A DNA stretch of 64,000 bases from positions 89,214 to 153,213 of IMG/VR virus record IMGVR_UViG_3300045125_000140; one strand, 5' to 3'. The stretch is from a virus. The position numbers were made by a program, and so were the translations under genes. Of the stretch, positions 30,101 to 38,339 are shown piece by piece. Under the pieces are notes generated by a model that saw only the letters and a list, made by a program, of their open reading frames with translations, was not told the origin of the DNA and did no database searches. Position 1 is the stretch's first letter, and each line of letters begins with the position of its first letter.

Positions 30101-30391
30101 CGCGTACGAGGTGACGTCGGCAACGCCGTAAGAGGTGCTGAGATAGACCTTGGGACGGATGGTGGAGTCAACTGCGGAGGTGTTGGGCTCAACAACCGCG
30201 CCGCTGATGAGGCCCGGGAACGCGTAATCCGCGTACTCCGCGTTAGTTTGGAAAGTGCCTGCGTAGGCTCTGTAAACTAACTGGCGGTTAAGTCCGACGA
30301 GAACGGCCGGGTTATTGGCCGTAGGGACGGTGGCCTGAGCGGCTCTAAAAACTTGGCGAATTATAAGATCAGGGCGAAGGCTGCTGGCCAT
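27143..30391 (-). CDS. contractile tail sheath protein with large insertion
   Basis: RP...I.Q.F...P.....AVLVG N-terminus; C-terminal sheath domain (YPASILAAMRS, GGNFVLVQ, EESVTTQVD); upstream of the tube. Confidence 0.85.
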   Translation of the reverse strand: MASSLRPDLIIRQVFRAAQATVPTANNPAVLVGLNRQLVYRAYAGTFQTNAEYADYAFPGLISGAVVEPNTSAVDSTIRPKVYLSTSYGVADVTSYATFNLGVTPPTFDLSPTTTAIFDTVTGSTGNYNAVTGYFTDPSADFVTDQVAANDIISVNGRQAFTVSSVVDDTTLSVDRIDRGPDDSKVSISAATGLYRTLTYTGDAGTVYDGFVTEGVRAGDIVTVQGWDGRQIIGNKLSFTAADSSGVRTITFSGSVTAKVGDLVYLSNDLGVKYPAFMLLTSGTGTGFSAVAVSPTIADSDIAGSAGKPQRAYELYKDGIETVRNTVIAATVVGDAGSRTISGTFSSPAADDLVICSDRLVRETGVVLDNTAKTVTAASGTPFSAFKSGDKVVVLSGTAFVNRLFSTIVSVNNSGAELTLETAPVAGTSTVIVMSIRAKVAFKVTSGTSSSLVVTDIYGNDVPTYLPSSGMPANALVIDGVAAAASIAKAQFTLSSGVWTMNLDSAPGTALAVNDLVFSQTGILLFKITAASSTTLFTVVPDTKAGLTYSASFALPVVTAKPTPAELIVTKVVGETSVVVKDTAGIITSTGTAYDGLRTTIEVADALEDVNYQVRKVVSSLVADVLVSFASVRNDHAGELIEVNADTVESILGPAVPHNPLGFAAAAAVSNTTVPVYCAQVSADTSSGWTNAINLIKTSQVYSVAPLTQNETYLGLFRAHVELESQPENKRERILFQSHRQESQITRYTWAAAALDTAKFVCTSASATPTITWSTDKGLPALGVIPGDLVSFEYFGQVADKGFVSGSVSDMRVVSVSTSGDSTLTLLRRSTDPITLTGGVVLSSITIKSKPLSATQVRDAIAAYPATIKNRRFRNVYPDRCLVTFSDVTNPNDTSVGIYGGGTVANYEVGGWYPASILAAMRSSIPASATLTRRPFSGVQRLVQGGGSADTDLDKILDGGNFVLVQLAGDNSNVEAIRAVTTDVTQLNYLEESVTTQVDNLARRLRKQISPIIGSTILDRSFFDLFSVLSGAVIKDVISNKEMREIVLVSVTEDPVRADTFLVSYQVRPYYTAAHADITIYI

Positions 30392-30404
30392 GGTCTACTC
30401 CTCG

Positions 30405-31085
30405 TCAGATTGCGATAGTTAGGGTCTCTATCGAGACCTTGACGTCATTCGCGATCGTCGGATTTATTATTTTGGTTACCCACGTAACTGGTTGCGACAC
30501 CTGCAGAATAACTTTGGTGTTATAGGACACCACTTCGCTATCCGTGGCTTCTGCTGAGGTCGGCTCTACTTGTGGCGCACTAATGTACATAAGTGCGCTC
30601 TTTTCTCTGATGGTGTTCTGGAAGTAAAGAACTACTCCAGAAACAACCATCGCCAGGAGCTCACTCTCCAACTTCTTCGACGAGTGGCAGTTTATCTCCA
30701 CTGAGCTGTCGAATACGTCGGATGAATGACGTGAGCCAGGCCATACCTCTCTAGTGCGCGCAAGACCGACCTGGGTAAATCGGCCGGAGCCACGCTCTAC
30801 AGAAAGTCTTGGTCTGTTGTCTCCTCGGACCAGCTTTTCGCTGCCCGAATCGGACAGAACAATTAAGCTGTCCGGAGACAAGTTTCCGGCTGAGTCGTAC
30901 TTCAACAAAAACTGATTGCGATCTCTGACCGTTCCGGGTTCCGCAAAATTATCAAACAGATTCTCTTCCTGCAGCGCTAGCCGCAGAACCTCGAGAATTA
31001 TGCGCCTCGGGTATAGAAGAAAATTGCCTACAAGCGGATTCTTCGTACCGAAGGGCACTACCCCTAATCGGTCAGTAACGCTCAT
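30405..31085 (-). CDS. putative tail terminator/completion protein
   Basis: Position between neck and sheath; RPRLSVERG...INCHS...ESELLA pattern. Confidence 0.55.
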   Translation of the reverse strand: MSVTDRLGVVPFGTKNPLVGNFLLYPRRIILEVLRLALQEENLFDNFAEPGTVRDRNQFLLKYDSAGNLSPDSLIVLSDSGSEKLVRGDNRPRLSVERGSGRFTQVGLARTREVWPGSRHSSDVFDSSVEINCHSSKKLESELLAMVVSGVVLYFQNTIREKSALMYISAPQVEPTSAEATDSEVVSYNTKVILQVSQPVTWVTKIINPTIANDVKVSIETLTIAI

Positions 31086-31312
31086 CAGTTCACGAAGAAG
31101 GAGTCGATCTCGTGCATTCTCTTGGCGAGGACCGCTTCAAACCCGTTTACAAAGTGCGAGTTATCAACGATCTCGTCCATAGACATGGACGCGAGCTTTT
31201 CAAGAACACCCATCTCTTCCCCACGTGCGTGGGAAAAAGAGGCGGTTTTCGAAATATTCGCGCCGGTGATATCGGCGAGGCGATCAAAGAAACGATCTTC
31301 TGGCTTATCCAT
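31085..31312 (-). CDS. small K-x-A motif protein
   Basis: 75 aa with SKTAS and EKLAS; GAGGAG SD. Confidence 0.65.
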   Translation of the reverse strand: MDKPEDRFFDRLADITGANISKTASFSHARGEEMGVLEKLASMSMDEIVDNSHFVNGFEAVLAKRMHEIDSFFVN

Positions 31313-31375
31313 TACGTGATTCTCCTCTGAATAGAGGGCTCTCTAATAGTTTGAGTATCTGGCTCACAAAATCAA

Positions 31376-31606
31376 TCAATTTCCCACATTATGTATGTAG
31401 CCGGCGTTGCGAGCTCCGCCGGTAATTTTTGAGCGAATTACCCCGAGAAGGGGACGGCCCTGCTTCTTGGCCGCGTTTATCCTGGCGCGCAAGTTAGGTA
31501 GGTACCTAGCCGCCGTCGGATTGTGCGCTTCTCGAACAGCTAAAGACACCGGAGATTTAGCCGCGATTTTAATCAGTTCGTTTATAAATGCGGCTGTTAT
31601 ACCCAT
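31376..31606 (-). CDS. small basic protein with N-terminal FINELIKIAA tag
   Basis: 76 aa; strongly basic after the tag. Confidence 0.6.
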   Translation of the reverse strand: MGITAAFINELIKIAAKSPVSLAVREAHNPTAARYLPNLRARINAAKKQGRPLLGVIRSKITGGARNAGYIHNVGN

Positions 31607-32508
31607 ATCTCAAGCACCTTAACTTCTTCGCCGATGTTCTTGGTTATTATCTTTTCTTTCCGAACGCGCTTTCTGGAAAGAACGGGTTTTATAGTGGCTG
31701 GAATGTCCAACTCCAGCTCAATTTGATCCATATTAAGCATTCTCAAATTAACTTCCTGATAGAGGATGTGATGATCTTTTCTATATGGAGTTATTTGAGT
31801 TACGTTCCACGCGTACGTCGTGTTTACTTCACGAATGATGTCGTTAACACGAAGTGTCGGAAAGTTGGGTAAAAGAGCTGATGTCGACTGTCCGAAGTTT
31901 GCGGCATCGGTAACCGCGGTGGCTAGGGTTGCCGGCCGTATATCCGCGAGTGTTAAAATGGGGCTGTAGTATCCGGAATCCGTAGTAGCCGTCACAAACC
32001 CAGTTCCTTGGCACTTATCGCAGTGGGAGGTTACCACCATTTGCGATATTTCGTCCCAGCACTTCGGGCATCGCTTGGTCACGTCGCCGTACGCATATTG
32101 ATAGATAAGAACCGGGATAGCCCCGTTGTTTCGGAGCATTATGTGAACGTTGTGGATTATCTGCGCGCTATAAGCATCGAGCTCATCTTTTACATGATAC
32201 GGTCCGTACTCGCGCTGATCCGTGCCGTCTTTTGCAATGAGTTTGTAGTACGGAAATGTCCAGCGGCTGGCAGGATGAACCTCAGTATCGACAAAGAACT
32301 TATCGGACATCGTGGCTGTTCCGATAAGCTCATAAGCCGAGTGCTCTATATAAGATCTGATAGATCTCTACTTGAGACGTCAGTCCGGCCTTACCATTGA
32401 CGGTATCGCCGCCATATTGCCACGTAACTATGGCGCTATGGAACATTTGCTGCGAGACGTCGATATTATATAGAGCTGGAAGCATCTGTGTTATTGCTCC
32501 AGATACAT
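31597..32508 (-). CDS. putative head-tail joining protein with N-terminal FN3-like and Cys4 domains (two frameshifts upstream of track ORF 31597-32310)
   Basis: ATG overlaps the upstream TGA at 32508; reconstructed ...SAIVTWQYGG...VEIYRSYIEHSAYELIGTATMSDKFFVD...YYKL; CPKC...CDKC. Confidence 0.5.
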
Positions 32509-33038
32509 CAGCTAATTACGCCGCCAACAACCGACACGATTCCGCCGTGCTCGTAGATTTCTCGCACAAGCAAGTCGGAGTTTGCCACTTGGAAAGCGCC
32601 CATAAGATTCATTTGAATCTTATAGTTATTACGCCGAGCTTCCCATGTGTTTAACATCTCGTTGGCCAGCGTAATAAGAGCGGTGCCCACAGCATTAGGT
32701 TCAAAGCTCACGTTACCAGCCGTATACGGCATGTTGTTTCGTAAGCGTCGAATAGCGCCGTACTTAAGGGCTCTGGCTGCCGCCGCTTCTTCAACCCAGT
32801 GACGAAGCCGAGAGTGGCCGCCAAGAAGCGACGGAAAACTAACGGTTTCGCTTAATACCGGTGGCGCCGAATTAAAGTCATATACGATAGCAACGAGATG
32901 CTTAGCGAGAGCGAGGTCGGAAAACTCTCGACCCTCGATAAGCTCGTTGCTCATGGTGTCGTCGGAGAGCAGTTCTCGGACGTTGTCCACCATAACTTTC
33001 GGAACATCTATCGACGTATTTCCGTCGCGCGTGTCCAT
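32508..33038 (-). CDS. putative head-tail adaptor (neck) protein
   Basis: VDNVRELLSD.....ELIEG.EFSD...; two genes downstream of the MCP. Confidence 0.55.
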   Translation of the reverse strand: MDTRDGNTSIDVPKVMVDNVRELLSDDTMSNELIEGREFSDLALAKHLVAIVYDFNSAPPVLSETVSFPSLLGGHSRLRHWVEEAAAARALKYGAIRRLRNNMPYTAGNVSFEPNAVGTALITLANEMLNTWEARRNNYKIQMNLMGAFQVANSDLLVREIYEHGGIVSVVGGVIS

Positions 33039-33601
33039 CAGGCACCTATAGCTGCGTCGAGGATAAGCTTCGCAACCTTGTTCTTAACGTTAGTCACCTT
33101 GCGAATATAATCGACGGTCCAGGTATCTACCGGAGCCGCTTCGAGCGCCATGATATCGTCGTCGGTTAGCTGAGGGGCAACCTTACGAAGTCTGTCGGCC
33201 AACGGGAGATCGTCGGTTACCTGAGGTTCCGCCGGCGTTACCGCTGCTGTTATATCGACGGGGACGATGTCCACCTCATTTGCGTTCGGCGTGGCCGGTT
33301 CAACAGGAGCTGCAGCCTTAGTAACCCCCATAACCGGGACCGCGTCGACCTCAGTAGCAATGTTGTTATCTACAACAACAGAAGCCGGCGCGGGCGCAGG
33401 CGCCACATCAACCGCAGCATTTACGTCATCCGGTTTTGCAACTGTTTGACCAGTCGCTGTGTTGACGACGTACAGCTTGCCTGGATATTTATCCATAAGT
33501 ACTGCCGCTATCTGCGACGGCACTGCAGTCCATTTATTTTCTGGGCACACGAAACCGCCGGCTTTGGCTAACGGTATTCCAACAGGCATGATCTTAATCA
33601 T
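33038..33601 (-). CDS. hypothetical Pro/Ala/Val-rich protein downstream of the MCP
   Basis: 187 aa, AAGGAG SD. Confidence 0.7.
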   Translation of the reverse strand: MIKIMPVGIPLAKAGGFVCPENKWTAVPSQIAAVLMDKYPGKLYVVNTATGQTVAKPDDVNAAVDVAPAPAPASVVVDNNIATEVDAVPVMGVTKAAAPVEPATPNANEVDIVPVDITAAVTPAEPQVTDDLPLADRLRKVAPQLTDDDIMALEAAPVDTWTVDYIRKVTNVKNKVAKLILDAAIGA

Positions 33602-33628
33602 CGGAGCAGTCTCCTTATGTAGTGTAAT

Positions 33629-33666
33629 AAAAAAACATCACGCCCCGAATTGCTTCAGGGCGTGAT
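33629..33666 (-). terminator. intrinsic terminator after the major capsid gene
   Basis: On the minus strand: ATCACGCCC...GGGCGTGAT stem followed by T7. Confidence 0.8.
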
Positions 33667-33684
33667 ATTAAGCCAGATTATGGA

Positions 33685-34890
33685 TCAGGCTTCGGTAGCG
33701 TCGGATGCAGCAAGATTGCTGAGTGAGCTGCCGATGTTGTTGGTCACGGTGACCGAGCGGTGCGTGGGATCATTCGTAAAGCGAGCCGGCAACTTGATCG
33801 AGGCGCCCTTGAGGAGGATGCAAGCAAGACCCTTGATGTTACCGAAGCCGATGCCCGAATCTTCCCAAGCTTCCATCGTGATGAAGCGACCCTGCTTCGA
33901 GATCCAGAACTTGGTATTCTCGAGGATGAGGTAGCGGCCGAGGAACTCGGGCGACGGGAAGACGAAGATCTGGCCGGGCGAAACGATATCCGGATTGTCA
34001 CGAACGGTCGTCACGAAGGTGTAGCCGGCAACAGTGGTGTACTTGTAGCCGTCCTTCACGATTTCCGACGTAACTTCGAGACCGGCTTCGTTCTGGCTCC
34101 ACGCGATCGTGTCGTTCCAGGTCGACTCGTGCATGAGGAAGCAGCGCGCCTTGAGCTGACGAGACGCATGAACCTTGATTACGTCACGAAGAACGTCGCG
34201 GTTGAACACGTCGCTATTCGCGAGGATGAGGTTCGAGTACTGATGCTGATTAGCGAAGTACGTCGTATTACCGGAGGTTGTGGCAAATCCGCCAGGGCCG
34301 CCGGATGCGGCCAGGTACGACGAGAACTCAGTCTCACTGTAAAACTGGGCGCCGGACGCGACGTTCGCTGAAGCCGAGATCGTGCCGCGATCGATCAAAG
34401 TCTTAGCGCGAGATTCGGTCGCGAGGAAGATGCCAGCCTTCACGTGCTTCATGAAGGTGACGTCGATCTGCTCTTGCATATCCTTTACGGTGTTCTGCTC
34501 GATGATCTTGGTCAAGGGCATCTTGTACGAACGAAGTTCCTGCTCCGACTTCTGGAATCTTTCCGAAGAAATCGTCGAGAGCTTGATCTCGTAGCGCTTG
34601 CCTTGGAGGTAGGTACGGTTCGGTTCGCCGCGCCAGTTCACGCGCATCGCGATCGAATCCGGCTCGATGTCGTCGATGAAGGAGAGGCCTTCATCCGAAA
34701 CGTTACGGGTGAGCTCGGACTCGGTGACGGTCTGCGGGGGAAGAATCTTGCGGGCGAACGAATTTTCACGAAGCTTGTCCTGGATGTACAACCCGGTCGC
34801 TTCGCCGAGCTTTTCCATGGCTTCGCCGCCGCCATTGAGGGCGGCCGCGAACATGGCGTTAAACTCGGAGGTGTTAAGAATGTCAGACAT
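33685..34890 (-). CDS. major capsid protein (HK97 fold)
   Basis: 401 aa; AGGAG SD, own terminator, C-rich codon bias; YIQDKLRENSFARKILPP...; position after protease/scaffold/decoration genes. Confidence 0.8.
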   Translation of the reverse strand: MSDILNTSEFNAMFAAALNGGGEAMEKLGEATGLYIQDKLRENSFARKILPPQTVTESELTRNVSDEGLSFIDDIEPDSIAMRVNWRGEPNRTYLQGKRYEIKLSTISSERFQKSEQELRSYKMPLTKIIEQNTVKDMQEQIDVTFMKHVKAGIFLATESRAKTLIDRGTISASANVASGAQFYSETEFSSYLAASGGPGGFATTSGNTTYFANQHQYSNLILANSDVFNRDVLRDVIKVHASRQLKARCFLMHESTWNDTIAWSQNEAGLEVTSEIVKDGYKYTTVAGYTFVTTVRDNPDIVSPGQIFVFPSPEFLGRYLILENTKFWISKQGRFITMEAWEDSGIGFGNIKGLACILLKGASIKLPARFTNDPTHRSVTVTNNIGSSLSNLAASDATEA

Positions 34891-34928
34891 TTTTCAATGC
34901 TCCTAATTATGTATATTGGCTCGTGATA

Positions 34929-35461
34929 TCAGGCGATGATAACGAGCGGCTTCGTGGCCGATGTGAACAGGAAATACGCAATCCCGTTCTCGACTCGAGT
35001 AACCACGCCGACCGAGTACTTGTAGGTGATTGCACCATTGGCAGTGGTGGCGGTGTCCAGCGTGTGCACCTCGATCTTGCCGCTCGCCGCTAATGCTACC
35101 TGCTTGCCGATATCGGTAGACGCGTCAACCGCGGCTGACCAGTAGGTGGTCGTGTTGGGCACGCCAACTTCAAAGCCTGTTCCGCAGATGCCGGTCAAAC
35201 CACCAGTTTCGATGGTGATGTTCGAGCCGTCGTCACGGAATGGGTCCTTTGCGCCGTGGCGGCATCGCTGCGGCCGGCTGGCGTGAAGTTGAGGTATGCA
35301 ACGCTGGAGGAAGCTCCGGCGAGTGCGGTTTGACCCGAGGAGTTCAAGGTCAACATGCAGCCTTCGAAGGCTGTGGAGAGGTACGGAAGCCGCATGAAGT
35401 TGACGCTCTCAATCTTCGCGTTAAGCCGTACCGTAGTCGAAGTAGACGTACGAATTGCCAT
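34929..35461 (-). CDS. putative capsid decoration protein (split by a 1-nt deletion)
   Basis: One extra A (plus-strand T-run 35248-35250) joins the 88- and 89-aa ORFs into a beta-rich protein of about 177 aa directly upstream of the MCP. Confidence 0.55.
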
Positions 35462-35472
35462 AACAAAGTCCT

Positions 35473-35838
35473 TTATGTTAAAGTAAAGCCGAGTCCATCA
35501 GTTGCGTTTCTCAACCGTTGGACGTATTTTTCTTCCGGCGAATTACCGGAACTTGATGAGACGTCATCAACAGCGGTGCCGAGTTTGGTTACCTCGTTCA
35601 TCCCCGACGTCATGGCGGTTTCGAAGATATCTAAGCGGCTTTTATCCGCCTTAAACTCCGCAACCTTTTCCATCGCAACGGCAGGATCCACGAGACCCTG
35701 CGCGACCAGAGATAGCGTCCTTTGATAAACTTCGTTTTCCTGGATTAGCGCTTCGGCTCTTTTTTCGAGCTCTGCGGTTTTGACCAGTACTTCACGAATT
35801 TCATGCAAAGTTTGAGCAGCAACCTTTACGAAGGCCAC
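35473..35838 (-). CDS. K-x-A-rich coiled-coil protein, scaffold candidate
   Basis: VKVAA, VKTAE, EKRAE, EKVAE in 121 aa. Confidence 0.7.
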   Translation of the reverse strand: MAFVKVAAQTLHEIREVLVKTAELEKRAEALIQENEVYQRTLSLVAQGLVDPAVAMEKVAEFKADKSRLDIFETAMTSGMNEVTKLGTAVDDVSSSSGNSPEEKYVQRLRNATDGLGFTLT

Positions 35839-36084
35839 TCAGCTAATCCCCCTAGCCAATATGTCGCCAGCGGCGAGAAGTTTGGCTATCGCGATTTTTC
35901 CATCACGCGCGGCTGAAGAGATCTCATCTTCCCGCAGGATCTGGTCAATCTCTCCAACGAGATTGTTTGATCTTGCCGAAAGAGGAGCCTCAGCAACCTT
36001 TTCGACGACATCTGAAGCCGGCGACTTAGCCGAGGTTCTCCCGGCTATCTCGTCGCAAAGCTTTTTAATATCGTCGTTAAACAT
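35839..36084 (-). CDS. small K-x-A head protein
   Basis: EKVAE, GKIAI; ATG at 36084. Confidence 0.6.
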   Translation of the reverse strand: MFNDDIKKLCDEIAGRTSAKSPASDVVEKVAEAPLSARSNNLVGEIDQILREDEISSAARDGKIAIAKLLAAGDILARGIS

Positions 36085-36085
36085 T

Positions 36086-36478
36086 TCAGGCGTTCTCAAC
36101 TACGCGAACGACCGCTTGAGCGAGCGCGCGACCGAAGAGTTCCGCCTCTTCATCCGACGCGATCTTCTCGAGGTCTTCGACAGTTACGCCAGCAGCCGCG
36201 GCAACGTGAGCCGCAACTTGACCGAGCTCTTCGGCAACCTTTTCCATTTCCACTTCTTCAGCGGTCTTGGTGAGGCCGAGGTGCTCGAGGGTGAGCGCGT
36301 ACGCAACGTCGATCGCTTCCGAGAGGTCCTCGACGCCGGCTTCCTTGACGAGGTCAAGCGCCGCATCGAACGTTTGGACTACTTCGGGATTGTCTCCGAG
36401 GGTCTGCTCAACGGCCGCAATCTTTTCCAAGACCACAGCTTCGTTACGTTCCGCGATAATATCTGAAAGTGACTTCAT
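36086..36478 (-). CDS. acidic K-x-A-rich head/scaffold protein
   Basis: EKIAA, TKTAE, EKVAE, EKIAS; AGGAG SD. Confidence 0.75.
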   Translation of the reverse strand: MKSLSDIIAERNEAVVLEKIAAVEQTLGDNPEVVQTFDAALDLVKEAGVEDLSEAIDVAYALTLEHLGLTKTAEEVEMEKVAEELGQVAAHVAAAAGVTVEDLEKIASDEEAELFGRALAQAVVRVVENA

Positions 36479-36493
36479 GGTTTCCTGCTCCTA

Positions 36494-36853
36494 TCACGCC
36501 TTCGGCATGGGAATGTTGTGACGAGCGACGCCTTCGATGACGTCTTCGGCGCGAGTATGACCTTCATCCTCGCCACCCTTCTTGGCACCATAGAACTTCT
36601 GGTGCTTCTCCTTCACCGCGCTCCACTTGCTGGGCTCTTTAACGCCCGTGCCGGCAGCGTGCGACGAATTCGGATGAGCGGCTGCGCGCTTCTCAAGAAG
36701 CTCGATAACGCGATCAACAAACGACTCAGCCATGATACGACCGGCGGAATCGAGTTCAGCTGCAAGCTTCTCCATGGGTTCACCGTGGGCAGAAGCGGTC
36801 TTGGCGAGGGGCTCCTCACCACCAATTTCTTTTAAAAGCTTCGCAATGTCCAT
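36494..36853 (-). CDS. K-x-A head protein
   Basis: AKTAS, EKLAA, EKRAA; AAGGA SD before MDIAK. Confidence 0.7.
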   Translation of the reverse strand: MDIAKLLKEIGGEEPLAKTASAHGEPMEKLAAELDSAGRIMAESFVDRVIELLEKRAAAHPNSSHAAGTGVKEPSKWSAVKEKHQKFYGAKKGGEDEGHTRAEDVIEGVARHNIPMPKA

Positions 36854-36866
36854 GCGATTATTCCTT

Positions 36867-38339
36867 TTACACAAAACGAGACCTAGTGACTGCTACCATG
36901 AAGGGCAACCACGCCATGGCCGGATCAGCATTAGAAGCTGTTTTGAATAGCGATGAAGCTATCCACGACGGCTCTAGCGCCACGCGAATTCTGGGCGAGC
37001 AGGCCACCTTGACGATGCTGGGCAACTCACGGTGGATCAAGTCCAGATATCGCTGATACCGGTCATCCCTCAGATGAGGCACTTCCGATAGCGATTCGTT
37101 CGCAGAAGCGAGCGCTATCTTTCTCCTTTCCGCAAAATGCGGATCGGTCAAGGAACGCGCGGGCATATGCGCACGGATTACTGTAATTAGTTTGGCTGGC
37201 GGATTATTTAATGCAAGAGATTCCGGAATATCTTCACCGGTCATATGCATCAGCCGCATCAATTCATCGGGTTTAGCGAGGATTCCGCCGAGAGACATAG
37301 CACTCAGCGTATCTCGTAACCCATGTTTTTTCGCGGCCATATCGAATTGCGGGTCGCTCATGTTGCGAGAACAGCCGCAATCCGCCGAAACCTGGTTGCG
37401 GACAAAGCCCAGCAATTCAGGATTTATAGGCTCCGAACCCAGAGGTTTTCCAGCTTCTTCCGGAGGAACCTCTTTTATCATGCCGCCCATTTTCTTTGTT
37501 CCAGCCGTCTTTAGCAGATAGTTTTCCGGAACTACTCTTTGAGGAGGTAGAATCGACAGGTCGTAGACCTGGCTATTGTATGCGGCCACTTTCTTCAGCG
37601 ACCAGGCACTGCGATCCGCCGGAACTCTAACCTTCGAGATATCGAAGAATTTCGGGAACCAGTTGTACGAGAAGACCTTGCGCCCGTCGGGCATGATCTT
37701 ATTAAGCATGAACTTCAAATGCTCGCAATATTGCCCGCGATTTTTAGCAATATTGAAGCAGATAGAGCACACGTCGAAGGGGAGCTTGGCGCCCATGGAG
37801 AAGGGGACCGGCTCTCCGTTACGAATAGCCGCAACAGTCAAAGGATCACGAGCTTCGTAAATAAATACGATGAGCTCAGTACGGTGCATGTAGTCGTTGT
37901 AGGCCGCCGCAATAACGTCGCCGATCGATTTCAGCGGATCTTTATTTGCGTGCAGCTGATAAACCTTTGCGTCGGTAACAAAGGTTTGAGTGCCGTAGCT
38001 GGCTGTGTTTGGCGGTGTGATACAGAATTCCGGGTGAGCGGAATTCCACTTAGAAATGCAGTCAGATACGTCCGACGGGGGCGCCTGGGACTTGAGTGAC
38101 CATTCCGGGAAGGCGTCGCCGTTCTTATTTGACGACCAGTACTCGTACGCGCCTAGCGCGTTTAGGAGCACGTAAACCCCTTCGGGGCGCGGCTTTAAAC
38201 CCTCCATCGCCTTTACTAGCGATTCGGGCGTATGGCACTCCTGCGCTACCTTCTCGATAACGGATGAGTGGATTAGTGTGCAGTCAGGTCCCCAGGACTG
38301 ACCGTCAATGCTTATCCGTTTTTCGAGTTCGTATTTCAT
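36867..38339 (-). CDS. putative prohead (head maturation) serine protease with zinc finger
   Basis: YQLHANKDP (candidate His), FSMG (candidate Ser), CSICFN...YCEHL; position between terminase-region genes and the MCP. Confidence 0.6.
   Translation of the reverse strand: MKYELEKRISIDGQSWGPDCTLIHSSVIEKVAQECHTPESLVKAMEGLKPRPEGVYVLLNALGAYEYWSSNKNGDAFPEWSLKSQAPPSDVSDCISKWNSAHPEFCITPPNTASYGTQTFVTDAKVYQLHANKDPLKSIGDVIAAAYNDYMHRTELIVFIYEARDPLTVAAIRNGEPVPFSMGAKLPFDVCSICFNIAKNRGQYCEHLKFMLNKIMPDGRKVFSYNWFPKFFDISKVRVPADRSAWSLKKVAAYNSQVYDLSILPPQRVVPENYLLKTAGTKKMGGMIKEVPPEEAGKPLGSEPINPELLGFVRNQVSADCGCSRNMSDPQFDMAAKKHGLRDTLSAMSLGGILAKPDELMRLMHMTGEDIPESLALNNPPAKLITVIRAHMPARSLTDPHFAERRKIALASANESLSEVPHLRDDRYQRYLDLIHRELPSIVKVACSPRIRVALEPSWIASSLFKTASNADPAMAWLPFMVAVTRSRFV

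Noticed and set aside
32340-32355. TATATA upstream of ORF 31597-32310 as a late promoter
   Set aside because: The region is better explained as frameshifted coding sequence of the same gene starting at 32508.
1613-35250. Frameshifts in core genes (1613, 2285, 3218, 9750, 11312, 20989, 32360, 32494, 35248) as programmed ribosomal frameshifting
   Set aside because: Nearly all are repaired by adding one base to a short homopolymer, none forms an in-frame X XXY YYZ slippery heptamer with a properly spaced stimulator, and they hit essential enzymes. This is typical of long-read consensus error; raw reads would settle it.
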